From Dehalococcoidia bacterium (GTDB lineage: Bacteria > Chloroflexota > Dehalococcoidia > Dehalococcoidales > RBG-16-60-22), in NCBI GenBank assembly GCA_041300405.1, contig JBGLNK010000001.1, positions 1,418,545-1,482,544 of the forward strand: a stretch of DNA of 64,000 nt. Reading direction: 5' to 3'. Within the stretch, counting starts at the first letter, position 1. Every line of letters begins with the position of its first letter. The position numbers and the translations under genes are program-made. Under the pieces are notes generated by a model. It was not told the origin of the DNA. It saw nothing but the letters and a program-made list of their open reading frames with translations, and ran no database searches. This document shows positions 37,761-47,976 of the stretch, piece after piece.

Positions 37761-37914
37761 TAAGCGGCACTTTTCCCCGGCGATTTGATATCACCGTTTA
37801 ATATTTGTTGTTATAATGTGTGATTGGGTATCGGCCCTGATAGAAGGGAGTGTTTAAAAAAAGAATATAACTGATTATATTAGCTTTGCCGCTTCATAAT
37901 CAATTTTTCTACCG

Positions 37915-38266
37915 GTCATTCCGGGCAGAAGGCAAAGAATCTGTATATTTATCCATCCCGACGAAAGTCGGTCTGGGCGCAGTATGCCCCGCCTTTTCTT
38001 CTCCTAATTTAAAATTGTCATTCCGGCGCAGCCTGCCCCGTATGAGTAAAACGAATCGGGGGCCGGAATCCATGTAAGAACCCGTAACGAGATTTGGGCT
38101 ATCGGCGTCCCTCTTATAAAAGAGTCTTTTTCCGTCATTCCCGCCCTGATCGGGAATCCATGTTCAAATCGTTTATTGTTAATATGCGCCCAACATCGAT
38201 CTCGAACTAGCACGATCGGTCTCCCCTTGCAAGGGGAGATATAGAGGGATTTCAGGACAAAATCCC
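37915..38266. repeat. three tandemly arranged GTCATTCC-family elements including composite copy B
   Basis: GTCATTCCGGG.. (37915), GTCATTCCGGCGC...GGCCGGAATCCATG (38017-38074), composite copy 38134-38266 collinear with 13778-13935. Confidence 0.8.
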
Positions 38267-38534
38267 ATTTACAATCTCTCCCGCTTACTCTATACTCTGG
38301 ATACATCCCGGATACTGTAAAAGATGGTGGTACAAGTATTGCTGTAAAGCAGGGTATTTAACATAAGACGAATGAACGAATAAACGAATACTTAGCTGCG
38401 ACCTGAGCCTGGTAATTATAATAAAAAAATTTGAATAACGGGCCTAATTGTAAAAATATTAGGGTGGAATCAATCATTTAAAACCATCTCAATTAGTTTG
38501 TAACGCCGCCAGCGTTTGAGTCCATGATGATTAT

Positions 38535-38918
38535 TTAAGCTCCCATCTTTTCCATGTCGAGAAGACAGTCATAGCTTTCCCGGGAGGAGATATATTGGCC
38601 TATGCCGCAGCGGTTGTAGCCTCCAAAATTTTCAATATGCGCTTGCGCGAACTCCTCGGGAGAAATTTTACATGCAGGATTGGTAACGGCGTCATGCCAA
38701 TGATCAACTCCGGAACCGCCGCAACCACTGGTTCTGGTAACCCCTTTTTCTACCAGCACAACACTGGCACCTTTCCTGGCGGCACCAATGGCCGCCCAAC
38801 ACCCCGCGATACCGCCACCGAGCACCAGCACATCACTACTGACTTCTGTTTCTTTCTCATAGGCCACTGTGTAGGGCCATGCCGGGGCATCTTTGTGAAT
38901 CAATTCATCATAACGCAT
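38535..38918 (-). pseudogene. FAD-dependent oxidoreductase (AprA / fumarate-reductase flavoprotein-like), only the first 127 aa
   Basis: VLVLGGGIAGCWAAIGAARKGASVVLVEK dinucleotide-binding motif; stops after DMEKMGA and is followed by AT-rich noncoding DNA. Confidence 0.65.
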
Positions 38919-38931
38919 AATTATCTTCCTT

Positions 38932-39222
38932 CTATAACAGTAGTCTTATCATTCTCCAGAAAGCGAGCGGGCGGCGCCGATGACGACCTCTTTGGTAACC
39001 GGGTCGTAAACGGTGCCGGCGAGGAACTGCCGGATGGGCTCTTTTTCCACGTCGGGCTCGCCGCCCCGACGTAGGCGCACTGGATGCGCTGCTTATCGTT
39101 GAGCTGGTAGCGTCCTGGATTCCGCTGCGGTATAGCTCGTGTGACTTTTTACCGCCGTAATGGAGGGTAAAAATGGTATACTCCGGTAAGCCTTCCGAGC
39201 AGTCAGTCAGGATTGTATGCAT
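38932..39222 (-). pseudogene. small ORF upstream of the flavoprotein fragment, broken by at least two frameshifts
   Basis: Readable pieces in three frames (MHTILTDCSEGLPEYTIFTLHYGGKKSHELYRSG / NPGRYQLNDKQRIQCAYVG / VEKEPIRQFLAGTVYDPVTKEVVIGAARSLSGE*); function unknown. Confidence 0.35.
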
Positions 39223-39238
39223 GGTTTTTCTTAAATCA

Positions 39239-39817
39239 TTACCGGTCGTATATTTGTTTATTCGATTGTTTTCTTGACGTTTTTTCAATCCTCTGCCCGG
39301 CCATCTTGAGTATTTTTTCTTTGAGTAAACAAACCATTTCGTTTTCATACGCGATTTTTTCGATACTCAACCCTCTTTTTCGTATCTCGCGTTCCATTCT
39401 TAGCAATGCGGCTTTTTCTCTCTCCGAACGCTTGACATTGATTTTCTTCAAACCATAGGTCGCTAAAAGCAGACTCCTCAGACCCCAGGGTCGCAGCATG
39501 ATCTGTTCAACTTCTTCAGGATCTAAGTTTAATTTCAATGAAAGACCCTTTATCATTTCATTACGCTTTCCGGGTTCTTTGTTGAATCTGATCATCTGCT
39601 GGTAGATAAACTCAAATTGGTCTGGTAACTTCTTCCAGGATTGATAATAGCGGCGACAGGTGCTGGTATTTACTTCATGTTCTTTAGCTACCTGGTGCCA
39701 ATTCTTTCCGTTGTCGAACTCGTCGAAACATAATTGCCTGTTAGATCGACCGTACTTATCTAACTTCGGCATGTTACGTGGCTGAGAAAATAAGGTGAAA
39801 CCGCGTCGTTTTTTCAT
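39239..39817 (-). CDS. hypothetical protein with HTH-like N-terminal region
   Basis: 192 aa in an AT-rich block; NWHQVAKEHEVNTSTCRRYYQSWKK resembles a transposase/terminase-type HTH; charged coiled C-terminus. Confidence 0.45.
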   Translation of the reverse strand: MKKRRGFTLFSQPRNMPKLDKYGRSNRQLCFDEFDNGKNWHQVAKEHEVNTSTCRRYYQSWKKLPDQFEFIYQQMIRFNKEPGKRNEMIKGLSLKLNLDPEEVEQIMLRPWGLRSLLLATYGLKKINVKRSEREKAALLRMEREIRKRGLSIEKIAYENEMVCLLKEKILKMAGQRIEKTSRKQSNKQIYDR

Positions 39818-40623
39818 TCTCTTTCACTCGACAAATATTGATGTTTTTTGACATTTAATCGACTAAAATGCGTCTTTAAAAGACAATTATTAGCTCATTT
39901 AACCACAAAATATCCAAAACATACCTGCGCATATCAAACTAATATTCATATATATTGTATCTCATTTATATCACTAATTTCAAAATTTTGATGAAACAAG
40001 ATGAAATAATACGGATTTGTTAGTGTAAGATCCCTTTCGTCGTCTACTGAATCTATAATAACCGTACGGGAATGAATCTGATTGGCCAATACCCCAGCTT
40101 CAAACAGGGGATTTCGCCAGAAAATGAGTGCCAAAATAGTCAGAGATGTCATTCAGTTCACTCATCTTGTACCTTTTCCTTCTCTCAACCGACCGGCTAC
40201 TAGTTTATCCGCCCGCCAAAGTCAGGGATTAGCTACAATATGTCTTCGAAGTCCCCTAAAGAAGGGACGCCGGACTAAGATTACCGATTTACAATATGGC
40301 AGAGTCAATTTCCTTCAGCATCATCGTTGAAAAGAGATGCAAAATGACCGATCTGTTGGCAAAAGGTAACGATGCGGTTGCCCAAAGACAAGGAATACCG
40401 CTAAAGTTTGAGGTTCCCGTGAAATGATTGCCTGCCGGGATGATAAATCTCCTTTATGTTTTTCCCCCCACCCGCTATACTGTCACTACCTTGGTATCTG
40501 GCGCCATTTCCGGGGCAAACTTTAATTAAATACACCCCGACCTTGCGACGAGGGAAGTTTACGTTATCATACGTGGCTTATTATTAGCCGACTTTGTATA
40601 TTTAATAAAGGAGGATATCGACC

Positions 40624-41506
40624 ATGGCACCAGGAAAGAGAATGACAGAAGCTGCTAAATCTCCGGTTGAAGAAACGAAAATAGATTATGCCGGGTCTGC
40701 TATAGGTTGCGCGAGGATCAACCCCGCCAGTTCTTATGGAGCAGTCCCGATGTTGTTAAAAAATTATATTGACACCGGTTCAGTGCCGGTCTGGGAAGAG
40801 ATTCGTCAAAGAATTGATAATACCTATCTGGCCGTCAGCGCTGCCATGCAAGCCCTGGATAAAGAGACATCTTTTTCCGGGGATGTTAGGAGACAGGTAA
40901 AGGGCGGGAAGAAGTTGTTTTTTAAACCAAACCTGGTATCGCTGCCGGCCATAGACCCCAGGACCCACAATCCGGTACTGTGGGGAACCTGCCTGCCTTG
41001 GGAATTCCTGTCAGCCGTGATGCGCTGGTTCCATGATGAGATGAATATTTCTTATCATCAAATGGCACTCGGAGAAGGGGGTGCGGGGACCGCGGCGGCT
41101 GCCTTTACGACATCCAGACTTTGGGGCGGCCGGACGGTGACCACCCAGGCATTGATGGAAGGAAAATCAGGGGAAAACTATGGTGGGTGGGGGTTCTACT
41201 TCGCTAGAAAGTACCTGGCGGAATCCCATAATTCCAAACATTCGGATGACCCCATGCAAGGTTATGAGGAAAGTCTTTCCGGCCATTGCCTGCCTCCGGG
41301 ACAGGTCAGCGACAAATTACTAATTTATGACCTTAATAAAATAGCGGACGATAGGTCTGACGGCCGTGAAATACCGGTGCCTGATGGCATTAACTTCAGG
41401 AATATAATTATCCATAAAGCTGTTGTGGGCGGTAACCCGGGTGACAGTGAAGACCTGAGGAATTGGCCTGGATGCGTTCTGGTGAATGTGACCAAGTTGA
41501 AAATAC
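40624..41506 (+). pseudogene. DUF362-family protein, 5' part, interrupted by IS3
   Basis: AAGGAGG RBS; GGKKLFFKPNLVS motif typical of DUF362; reading frame runs into the IS3 inverted repeat at 41507. Confidence 0.65.
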
Positions 41507-41586
41507 TGAGGTGGACCCCAAAATTCGGACAGGTTGTTAAGGTGGAATCTTGCTCTTAAAATAAAATGGGAGAAAAGGAGCAAGAC

Positions 41587-41871
41587 ATGAAAGGAAACCG
41601 CAGGAAGCACAACCAGTCGTTCAAGGCCAGGGTAGCGCTGGAAGCGCTTAAAGGAGAAGCAAGCATTGCCGAGATTGCCAGCCGCTATGAAGTCCACCCC
41701 AATCTGGTAACCAAGTGGAAGAAAACCCTCCAGGATGAAGCTGCCGGTATCTTCGGTGAAGACCATGCCCGTAAGAAGAAGCAGGGTGAAAACCTGGTTG
41801 CTCAGTTGTACCAACAGATAGGCCAGCTCAAGGTAGAAAAGGATTTTTTAGAGAATGTGCTGCGTCGCTGA
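41587..41871 (+). CDS. IS3 OrfA (HTH protein)
   Basis: AAAGGAG RBS; FKARVALEALKGEASIAEIASRYEVHPNLVTKWKK typical of IS3 OrfA; slippery T TTT TTA at 41844-41850. Confidence 0.85.
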   Translation: MKGNRRKHNQSFKARVALEALKGEASIAEIASRYEVHPNLVTKWKKTLQDEAAGIFGEDHARKKKQGENLVAQLYQQIGQLKVEKDFLENVLRR

Positions 41872-42774
41872 GTCTCGAAGAGAAGCGCCGCGGAGTCGAG
41901 CGAACGTCTTCCCTGCCCATCACACGCACGTGTCGGTTACTGGGCATCAGCCGCTCGGTTCTCTACACCGGTCGAAAGGGCCGCAAGATAAGGAACATGC
42001 GCTCATGAAGCTGATCGATCGGCAATATCTGCTGACGCCGTTTTACGGGTCGCGCAAGATGGCCGTCTGGCTCAGAGAGAGGGATATGCCGTCAACCGCG
42101 AGCGGGTGCGGCGTCTGATGAGATTGATGGGGCTGCGGGCCATCTACCGGCGGCCCCGGACGAGTAAGCCTGCGCCGGGGCACAAGGTCTACCCATACTT
42201 GCTCGGCGGCATGAATATCACCCGGCCGGACCAGGCTTGGGCGGCGGACATCACGTATATCCCGATGAAGCTAGGTTTTCTGTACCTAGTGGTCATCATC
42301 GACTGGTACAGCCGCTGCGTGCTCTCCTGGAGACTCTCCAACACCCTTGAGGCAGATTTCTGTATCGAGTCCTTGAAAGACGCCCTCAAGAAAGGCAAGC
42401 CAGAGGTATTCAATACCGACCAGGGCAGCCAGTTTACCGCAGAAGCTTTCACGGAAATACTGAAAAAACATGATATCCGGATCAGCATGGATGGAAAGGG
42501 AATTTATAACGACAATCTTTTCATCGAGAGGCTATGGCGAACGGTCAAATACGAGGAAGTCTACCTGAAAGCCTACCGGGATGGAACGGAAGCCTGGCGC
42601 AGCCTGGACAGCTACTTCCGCTTCTACAATAACGAGCGCCCACACCAGTCTCTGGGCTACCGCAACCCGGCGGAAGTCTATGCTGGAACTCTGGAACCTA
42701 TCAATGGAGGTATGGTACAATCCCTATCATCAACAGCAGGATTCCACCTTATCTTGAGGTGCCCGAATGGGTAA
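41845..42774 (+). pseudogene. IS3 OrfB (DDE transposase) with two extra frameshifts
   Basis: The expected -1 frame (LSLEEKRRGV..LLGISRSVLY) stops at 42006; homology continues in another frame (LMKLIDRQYLLTPFYGSRKM) and shifts again near the AGAGAGAGGG run 42073-42083 (GYAVNRERVRRLMRLMGL...DQGSQFT...NNERPHQSL). Confidence 0.8.
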
Positions 42775-42781
42775 GTACGCA

Positions 42782-42927
42782 AGCTGGAACGAGTTCGAGA
42801 AAAACATCCCCCTGTGAAAACGGAAGACGGGATAATAAAGGACTTCGGCCTCAATATGTTCCGCGATGAGAACTGGCAGAAACGCGCGGGAACGTTATTG
42901 GTTGATGGCAATAAAAGGAGGTCTTAA
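42782..42927 (+). pseudogene. 3' part of the IS3-interrupted ORF
   Basis: In frame with 40624-41506 once the 1275-bp IS is removed; its stop TAA overlaps the ATG of the next gene (TAATG). Confidence 0.5.
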
Positions 42928-43667
42928 TGGTAATACCAGCAATACTGGACAAGAAGGACAAGGACATCATTTCACAAGAGTTCAGGGATGCTGTCGGGGC
43001 GGATAAAGTGAAGGATGATGACGTGGTTTTAGCAGCCTACGGCTCTGATTCCAGTTATGTGCCTTTTCGCAAGCCGAACTGGGTGGTTCTTCCCGAAACT
43101 AAGGAAGACGTAGCAGCGCTTCTGAAGCTCGCCAATAAACATAAGATTCCTGTAGCCGCTTTCGGCCGGGGGGTCAATATTGCCGGATACGGTGTGCCCT
43201 CGGAAGGCGGCATTGTGATGGACCTCCGGCGCATGGACAAGATATTCGAGATAAATACCGATTCAGGATATGCCGTTATTGGACCCGGCGTCACCTTCGA
43301 CCAGTTCGCGGTAGCGTTAGCCAAAAAGGGGTATCGATGCCCTTTACCTACGGGACCGGGCGGCGGCTCCGCTATTGGTACCTATCTGATGAGACCATCG
43401 CAGAACATGGTCACCAAGCGTCTCGATCCCATCGTAGACCTGGAAGTAGTCCTGGCGGACGGTACGATTTTCAATACCGGTTCATCGCATTTTGCTAACG
43501 GTGGCAGTGGCATGAGATATGGTCCATACCCTGACCTGTCCGGGATATTTTGCTACGCTTATGCCACTATGGGGATAGTCACCAGTGCCTCCGTGACGAT
43601 TTACCCGATAAATGAGGCTAACCGCGTCAACGTAGCGGCCTTCGATAATTTCCCGGCCCATATTTGA
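42927..43667 (+). pseudogene. FAD-linked oxidase (VAO/GlcD-type FAD_binding_4), 3'-truncated
   Basis: PNWVVLPETKEDVAALLKLANKHKIPVAAFGRGVNIAG and downstream FAD-binding blocks; stops at 246 aa, so the substrate-binding/cap domain is absent. Confidence 0.65.
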
Positions 43668-44101
43668 AAATTCTTCCCAGAAATGATATATTCAGACTCA
43701 TATCATTAATTTTGCCCATATCGTATTTTTACGTTCAGAATTGTTTTAAAAATTACCCCAATCGTCCATCCTTTCCAAGTGATTCGAGTCTATCCTGGAT
43801 AACCCAGGCATCAACTAGCCGATATTTCAGACCAATGCCAGGCGAGAGAATCCAAATGGACACATGTAGAATAGCCTCCGGTATTTATCAATATACTTGT
43901 AGTTGATGGCTTTACCCGTTATCAGGTGATGGAGATATTTCCAGCCTATGCAGCTGCCAATACTATTCTGTTCCTTGAGAAAATGGCTGAACAAATACGT
44001 TTCCCTGCTGCACAGAGTAATCCAGACTAACTAAGCCGGGGAATTCTTCGCCTACAAGGTATAAAATGGCCGCGGGAATACTACACTAAAATTCATGTCT
44101 T

Positions 44102-45466
44102 CTAACTTGTCGGAAGCAAATACAATATGATATCACCCACATTTGTTCCTGTGCTTCCAGTCAATATTATACTGTTTCCGGTTTCTTTTAACAGAACATA
44201 ACTATTATAACGCTCCAGATAAGAACGGATATCACAGTTCTTCTTTTTCAGATTATCCAGGCTGCTTACATCCACAATTGCTCCGGCAACATCAGACATA
44301 TAGTCCGAACCATCGGTAGCCACGCTTGCCGATAACCATTCACCCGGATAATTTTTAAAGAGAAACATTGTAAGGGCGGCATAGTGTTGATTTCTCCCAC
44401 CTATTCCATGATTATCGGGAAGTACCGGAGTCGTCTCTCCACCGATTATAATAGCATCATAGTTTTTATAAATTACATTCAGTATTTCTTGTGCTCTTTG
44501 ACGGGCCGCAGTTGCGGTATCCCCTGTTTGTTCAGCGGTGACGATGAAAGGCCTGAATCCCGAAGAACTTGCCTTTTCCGCCATCGCTTCCAGTGCCAAA
44601 CGATTATCCCCTATAATGTAATTCCTTGCATTCTCAAGCAGCTTTGGTGTTTCTTCAAATTTTTCTTGACAGCCTCTTTCCAGTACGGTCAATATGTTTT
44701 CCGGTACTTTATGGAGAAGGTTATATTTTTCGATGACCTGTCGGGCATCTGAATAGCTTGTAGAATCGGGATAAGTAGGTCCGGAAGCAATGATGCTCAT
44801 ATCGTTCCCCACCACATCGGACAGGATAAGGGACAAAACAGTAGCGGGATAATAATGTTGTGCCAGTCTTCCGCCCTTTATCCCGGATAGATGCTTCCTG
44901 ACGGTGTTGATTTCATGGATATCAGCGCCGCATGAAAGGAGCAGCCCGGTAACCTTTTGTTTATCACCGAGAGACAGACCGTCCGCCGGGTACGGCATCA
45001 AAGCTGAACCTCCGCCGGAAATAAGACAAATGACCATGTCATCTTTACCTATTGCATACTTGTGCTTTAAATCGAGCATAGCCCGGGTCGCTTTAATTCC
45101 GCGTTCATCCGGTAGAGGGTGACCTGCCTGCATAACCCTGATTTTTTTTAACTTGAATTCTTCCGGGGCGGCTTTGTCGATGACGATGCCAGCTTCTATA
45201 TTCTCCGGACCGGTGATTTTCTCCAGTGTCTGAGCCATCAATCCGGAGGCTTTTCCCCCGCCGATAACGAAAATCCGGCCGGTTACTTTCTGGCTATTTT
45301 TATTGACAGAAAATGTCCTTGTCGCCGGGTCAAAAGAGACCGCAGTCTGCATGACGGCGCCCGGCAGGACTCTCTCTATCCCTGCTTCTATAATGTCGAG
45401 TGCCTTTTCTCGCAACCTGCTTGTAGCCAGCTCTCGTCTGTTCTTAATAATCATTCTCTGGTCCAT
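44102..45466 (-). CDS. glycerate 2-kinase / hydroxypyruvate reductase-like (DUF4147 + MOFRL)
   Basis: 454 aa; VIGGGKASGLMA, ICLISGGGSALM, GGETTP..GIGGRNQ motifs of the MOFRL glycerate kinase family. Confidence 0.8.
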   Translation of the reverse strand: MDQRMIIKNRRELATSRLREKALDIIEAGIERVLPGAVMQTAVSFDPATRTFSVNKNSQKVTGRIFVIGGGKASGLMAQTLEKITGPENIEAGIVIDKAAPEEFKLKKIRVMQAGHPLPDERGIKATRAMLDLKHKYAIGKDDMVICLISGGGSALMPYPADGLSLGDKQKVTGLLLSCGADIHEINTVRKHLSGIKGGRLAQHYYPATVLSLILSDVVGNDMSIIASGPTYPDSTSYSDARQVIEKYNLLHKVPENILTVLERGCQEKFEETPKLLENARNYIIGDNRLALEAMAEKASSSGFRPFIVTAEQTGDTATAARQRAQEILNVIYKNYDAIIIGGETTPVLPDNHGIGGRNQHYAALTMFLFKNYPGEWLSASVATDGSDYMSDVAGAIVDVSSLDNLKKKNCDIRSYLERYNSYVLLKETGNSIILTGSTGTNVGDIILYLLPTS

Positions 45467-46739
45467 CTCGCTTTAGAGATGGCAGGACATGAGGCCCCTG
45501 TGGGATCACCGCAATTTCTGCACTTTGGCCCAATGCCGCTAGAGCTCTTGATAACCCTTCGTCAACAGAAGGAATAGCCGCTATTTTCATATTACGTACC
45601 TGTTCCTGCTTGAGACCGGACATGAGAAGTACTTCATGTTCGAGCTGAGCCCGCGCCAGGAACAGGTTCTGCCAAGTCACGCCGGCGTGTTCTCCCTGCT
45701 TTATTCTTTCAAGAACCTCTGTTGGCGTAGCAGCCGATGAATGTAAATCGTAAAAAGACCGGGGACCTATACCGGCGTCACATCGGGCAGCTACGATAAT
45801 AATTCCACCGCTTTTTGTAATCTGTGCCGCGGTATCAATTGCCTTGCAAGTCTGGTAGAGATCAATATCCAGAGGTGCTCCGCCGCAGGTCACGATAGAA
45901 ATATCAACCTGATGATCAATGCAGGCCGTAGCCAGATGCTTTTCCAGTTCACAACCTTGTTCATGGGCAATCACCGGGTCTCCGGCAAATACATCCGTGA
46001 TTTCCCCTTTTTCATTAAGGAGCACGTTAACAATAAAATTCAGTCCCGCCATTTTCGCCTGTTCAATCATATCCTCGTGAACCGGATTACCGTGAAGAAC
46101 ACCTGCACGGGCATTCTTATCCTTAAGCATCGAGTAAGAATGATTATGGCATATGGCCCTTTCGCTGGAGACGCCGGGGGCTATGCTCTTTCTTCCTCCG
46201 GAAAAGCCGGCAAAAAAATGCGGCTCGATGAATCCGGTACTTATTTTAATATCTGCTTCAGCTACCTTTTTAAAAATCTCTATCGGTGTTTCCCGTGATG
46301 TCGTTCCTAGAGAAACCACATCATTAACATCGTGGTTGATGGTCCTGTAGTTTTCCACGATATTACGCCCTAACTTTTTCAGCATCTCCTTTTCACTGAG
46401 GGGTTGATGCAGACCCAGTGCCACGACAATCGTGATGTTACGCCGCGGTACTACTGGTTCGATTGCTTCTAGAATGGGTGGCAGGAGTATGCTGTCGGGA
46501 CAGGCTCTTGTATTGTCTGTGGTAATAATCACCACTTTATCGTTTTTCCCAGGAAGTGAGCCCAGCGGGGGGCTGTTGATAGGATTTTTAAGTCCCCCTC
46601 GAATAGCTTCTATCTCATCGTCAAGCTGGTGGCTTTCCTTCCTTTTCAGGATGGAAACAAGATTATTAGCGGGTATCGAAACTTTAAGAAATGATGTGCC
46701 GTACGGCAAATCGACTATCGTTTGTTTTGAAAAATTCAT
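45444..46739 (-). CDS. LarA-like nickel-pincer-dependent 2-hydroxyacid racemase/epimerase (DUF2088)
   Basis: 431 aa; GLHQP and GFIEPHFFAGFSGGRKSIAPGV...CHNHS blocks corresponding to the LarA catalytic His and cofactor-binding Lys/His positions; 23-nt overlap with the kinase gene. Confidence 0.75.
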   Translation of the reverse strand: MNFSKQTIVDLPYGTSFLKVSIPANNLVSILKRKESHQLDDEIEAIRGGLKNPINSPPLGSLPGKNDKVVIITTDNTRACPDSILLPPILEAIEPVVPRRNITIVVALGLHQPLSEKEMLKKLGRNIVENYRTINHDVNDVVSLGTTSRETPIEIFKKVAEADIKISTGFIEPHFFAGFSGGRKSIAPGVSSERAICHNHSYSMLKDKNARAGVLHGNPVHEDMIEQAKMAGLNFIVNVLLNEKGEITDVFAGDPVIAHEQGCELEKHLATACIDHQVDISIVTCGGAPLDIDLYQTCKAIDTAAQITKSGGIIIVAARCDAGIGPRSFYDLHSSAATPTEVLERIKQGEHAGVTWQNLFLARAQLEHEVLLMSGLKQEQVRNMKIAAIPSVDEGLSRALAALGQSAEIAVIPQGPHVLPSLKRDGPENDY

Positions 46740-47127
46740 GTGTAGTTAAATTGTACCATTTCCTGTATCTGATTTCATAGATTCTACTAGACGTAAAAAG
46801 CGCTTAAGTTTTCTGTATGAGCCTCCAGGTCCTATTTCGAAAGAAACACTACCTCACCACCGTCCCACTTGTGCCAGGTGCTTAGATCCGCCGCTTTGGT
46901 TATCCTATTCATGATCAAATACTTCTTGCCCTTTCGTATCATGCCTGAGTATCTCTGGTTGTTCCGTTTCCATGTTTATCAGACAGGAATGATAACCTAC
47001 CCGTTATAAATAGTGCACTTGGCAATAATAGTGTTGCAGGTATACCTTACTCACGTTGTTTTCTTTACAGCGCTATTCTTAGATACGCTCTTAGCTGTAT
47101 CTCCTCCAACTTATTGATAATCCTCTT

Positions 47128-47973
47128 TTACTTTGTGATTTTACCGTCCAGATCCCAAAGGTCTTCCCAGCTTTTCGCACCTTCCCAGAGGAATACCTGC
47201 CCTTTGATTAAACGACAGTTTTTATCGATGCCTTCGAGTAATTCCATCTCGGCATCGGTAAGAGGGTCTTCAATTGTGCTGCGCAAGTTGCTCACGTAGT
47301 TAAATTCATGGATAGAAAAAGGAATGGCGATTTGGCCGCGCTGTACAGCCCATTTCAGGCAGATGATCGCAGGATGCACGTGATGTGCTTTGGCGATTTC
47401 GACAAGTTCCGGTATCTCCAGGTCGACGACGTCGTCTTTAGTTTTGTCACGGTCGGGACGATTGGGCGAACCGATAGGGCAGAAACTTACTACCTGAATG
47501 TCGCGCTCAATACAGTAATGGAACAGTTCCGGCTGTTGGAAGCTCGGATGGAGTTCTATCTCGATCAAAGCAGGTTTAATACGGCACAGCGGTAATACTG
47601 CATCAAGCTTGGGTATAGTCATGCTGGACATGCCGATATTTTTCACCAGGCCCATATCGACCAACTTTTCCATCTGACGCCAAGTAGCCATGAAGCAGTC
47701 GGCAGAGAAAGGCTTCGAGTCGGGATTGCGGGCGTCTTTGTCGCACCCGGGAGCGTGGTAGTTCGGAAACGGCCAGTGCACGAAATAGGTGTCGAGATAA
47801 TCCAGTTGTAAATCTTTCAAACTTTTAGCACAGGATAACAGCACATCACCCTTGCCGTGCTTATCATTCCATACCTTAGACATAATGAATAGTTCTTCAC
47901 GTTTGATTGTCTTGTTTTCGATGGCCCCGGCAAATACTTTGCCGATCAGGTCTTCGTTGCCGTAAACAGAAGC
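47128..47973 (-). pseudogene. aldo/keto reductase, 5'-truncated
   Basis: Frame is open upstream of the track Met: ..ASVYGNEDLIGKVFAGAIENKTIKREELFIMSKVWN.. (AKR motif); the first ~45 aa, including the catalytic Asp/Tyr region, are missing. Confidence 0.7.
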
Positions 47974-47976
47974 AAC

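Larger units (their letters stand above)
41507..42781 (+). mobile_element. IS3-family insertion sequence (1275 bp, right end approximate), transposase inactivated
   Basis: Left end TGAGGTGGACCCCAAAATTCGGAC.., right end ..GCCCGAATGGGTAAGTACGCA with shared inner block AAGGTGGAATC; orfA plus frameshifted orfB. Confidence 0.8.

Noticed and set aside
38932-39348. 138-aa track ORF as a real gene
   Set aside because: It overlaps the 3' end of the HTH protein gene, and its C-terminal half is Arg-rich out-of-frame translation. The region reads better as a frameshifted small gene.
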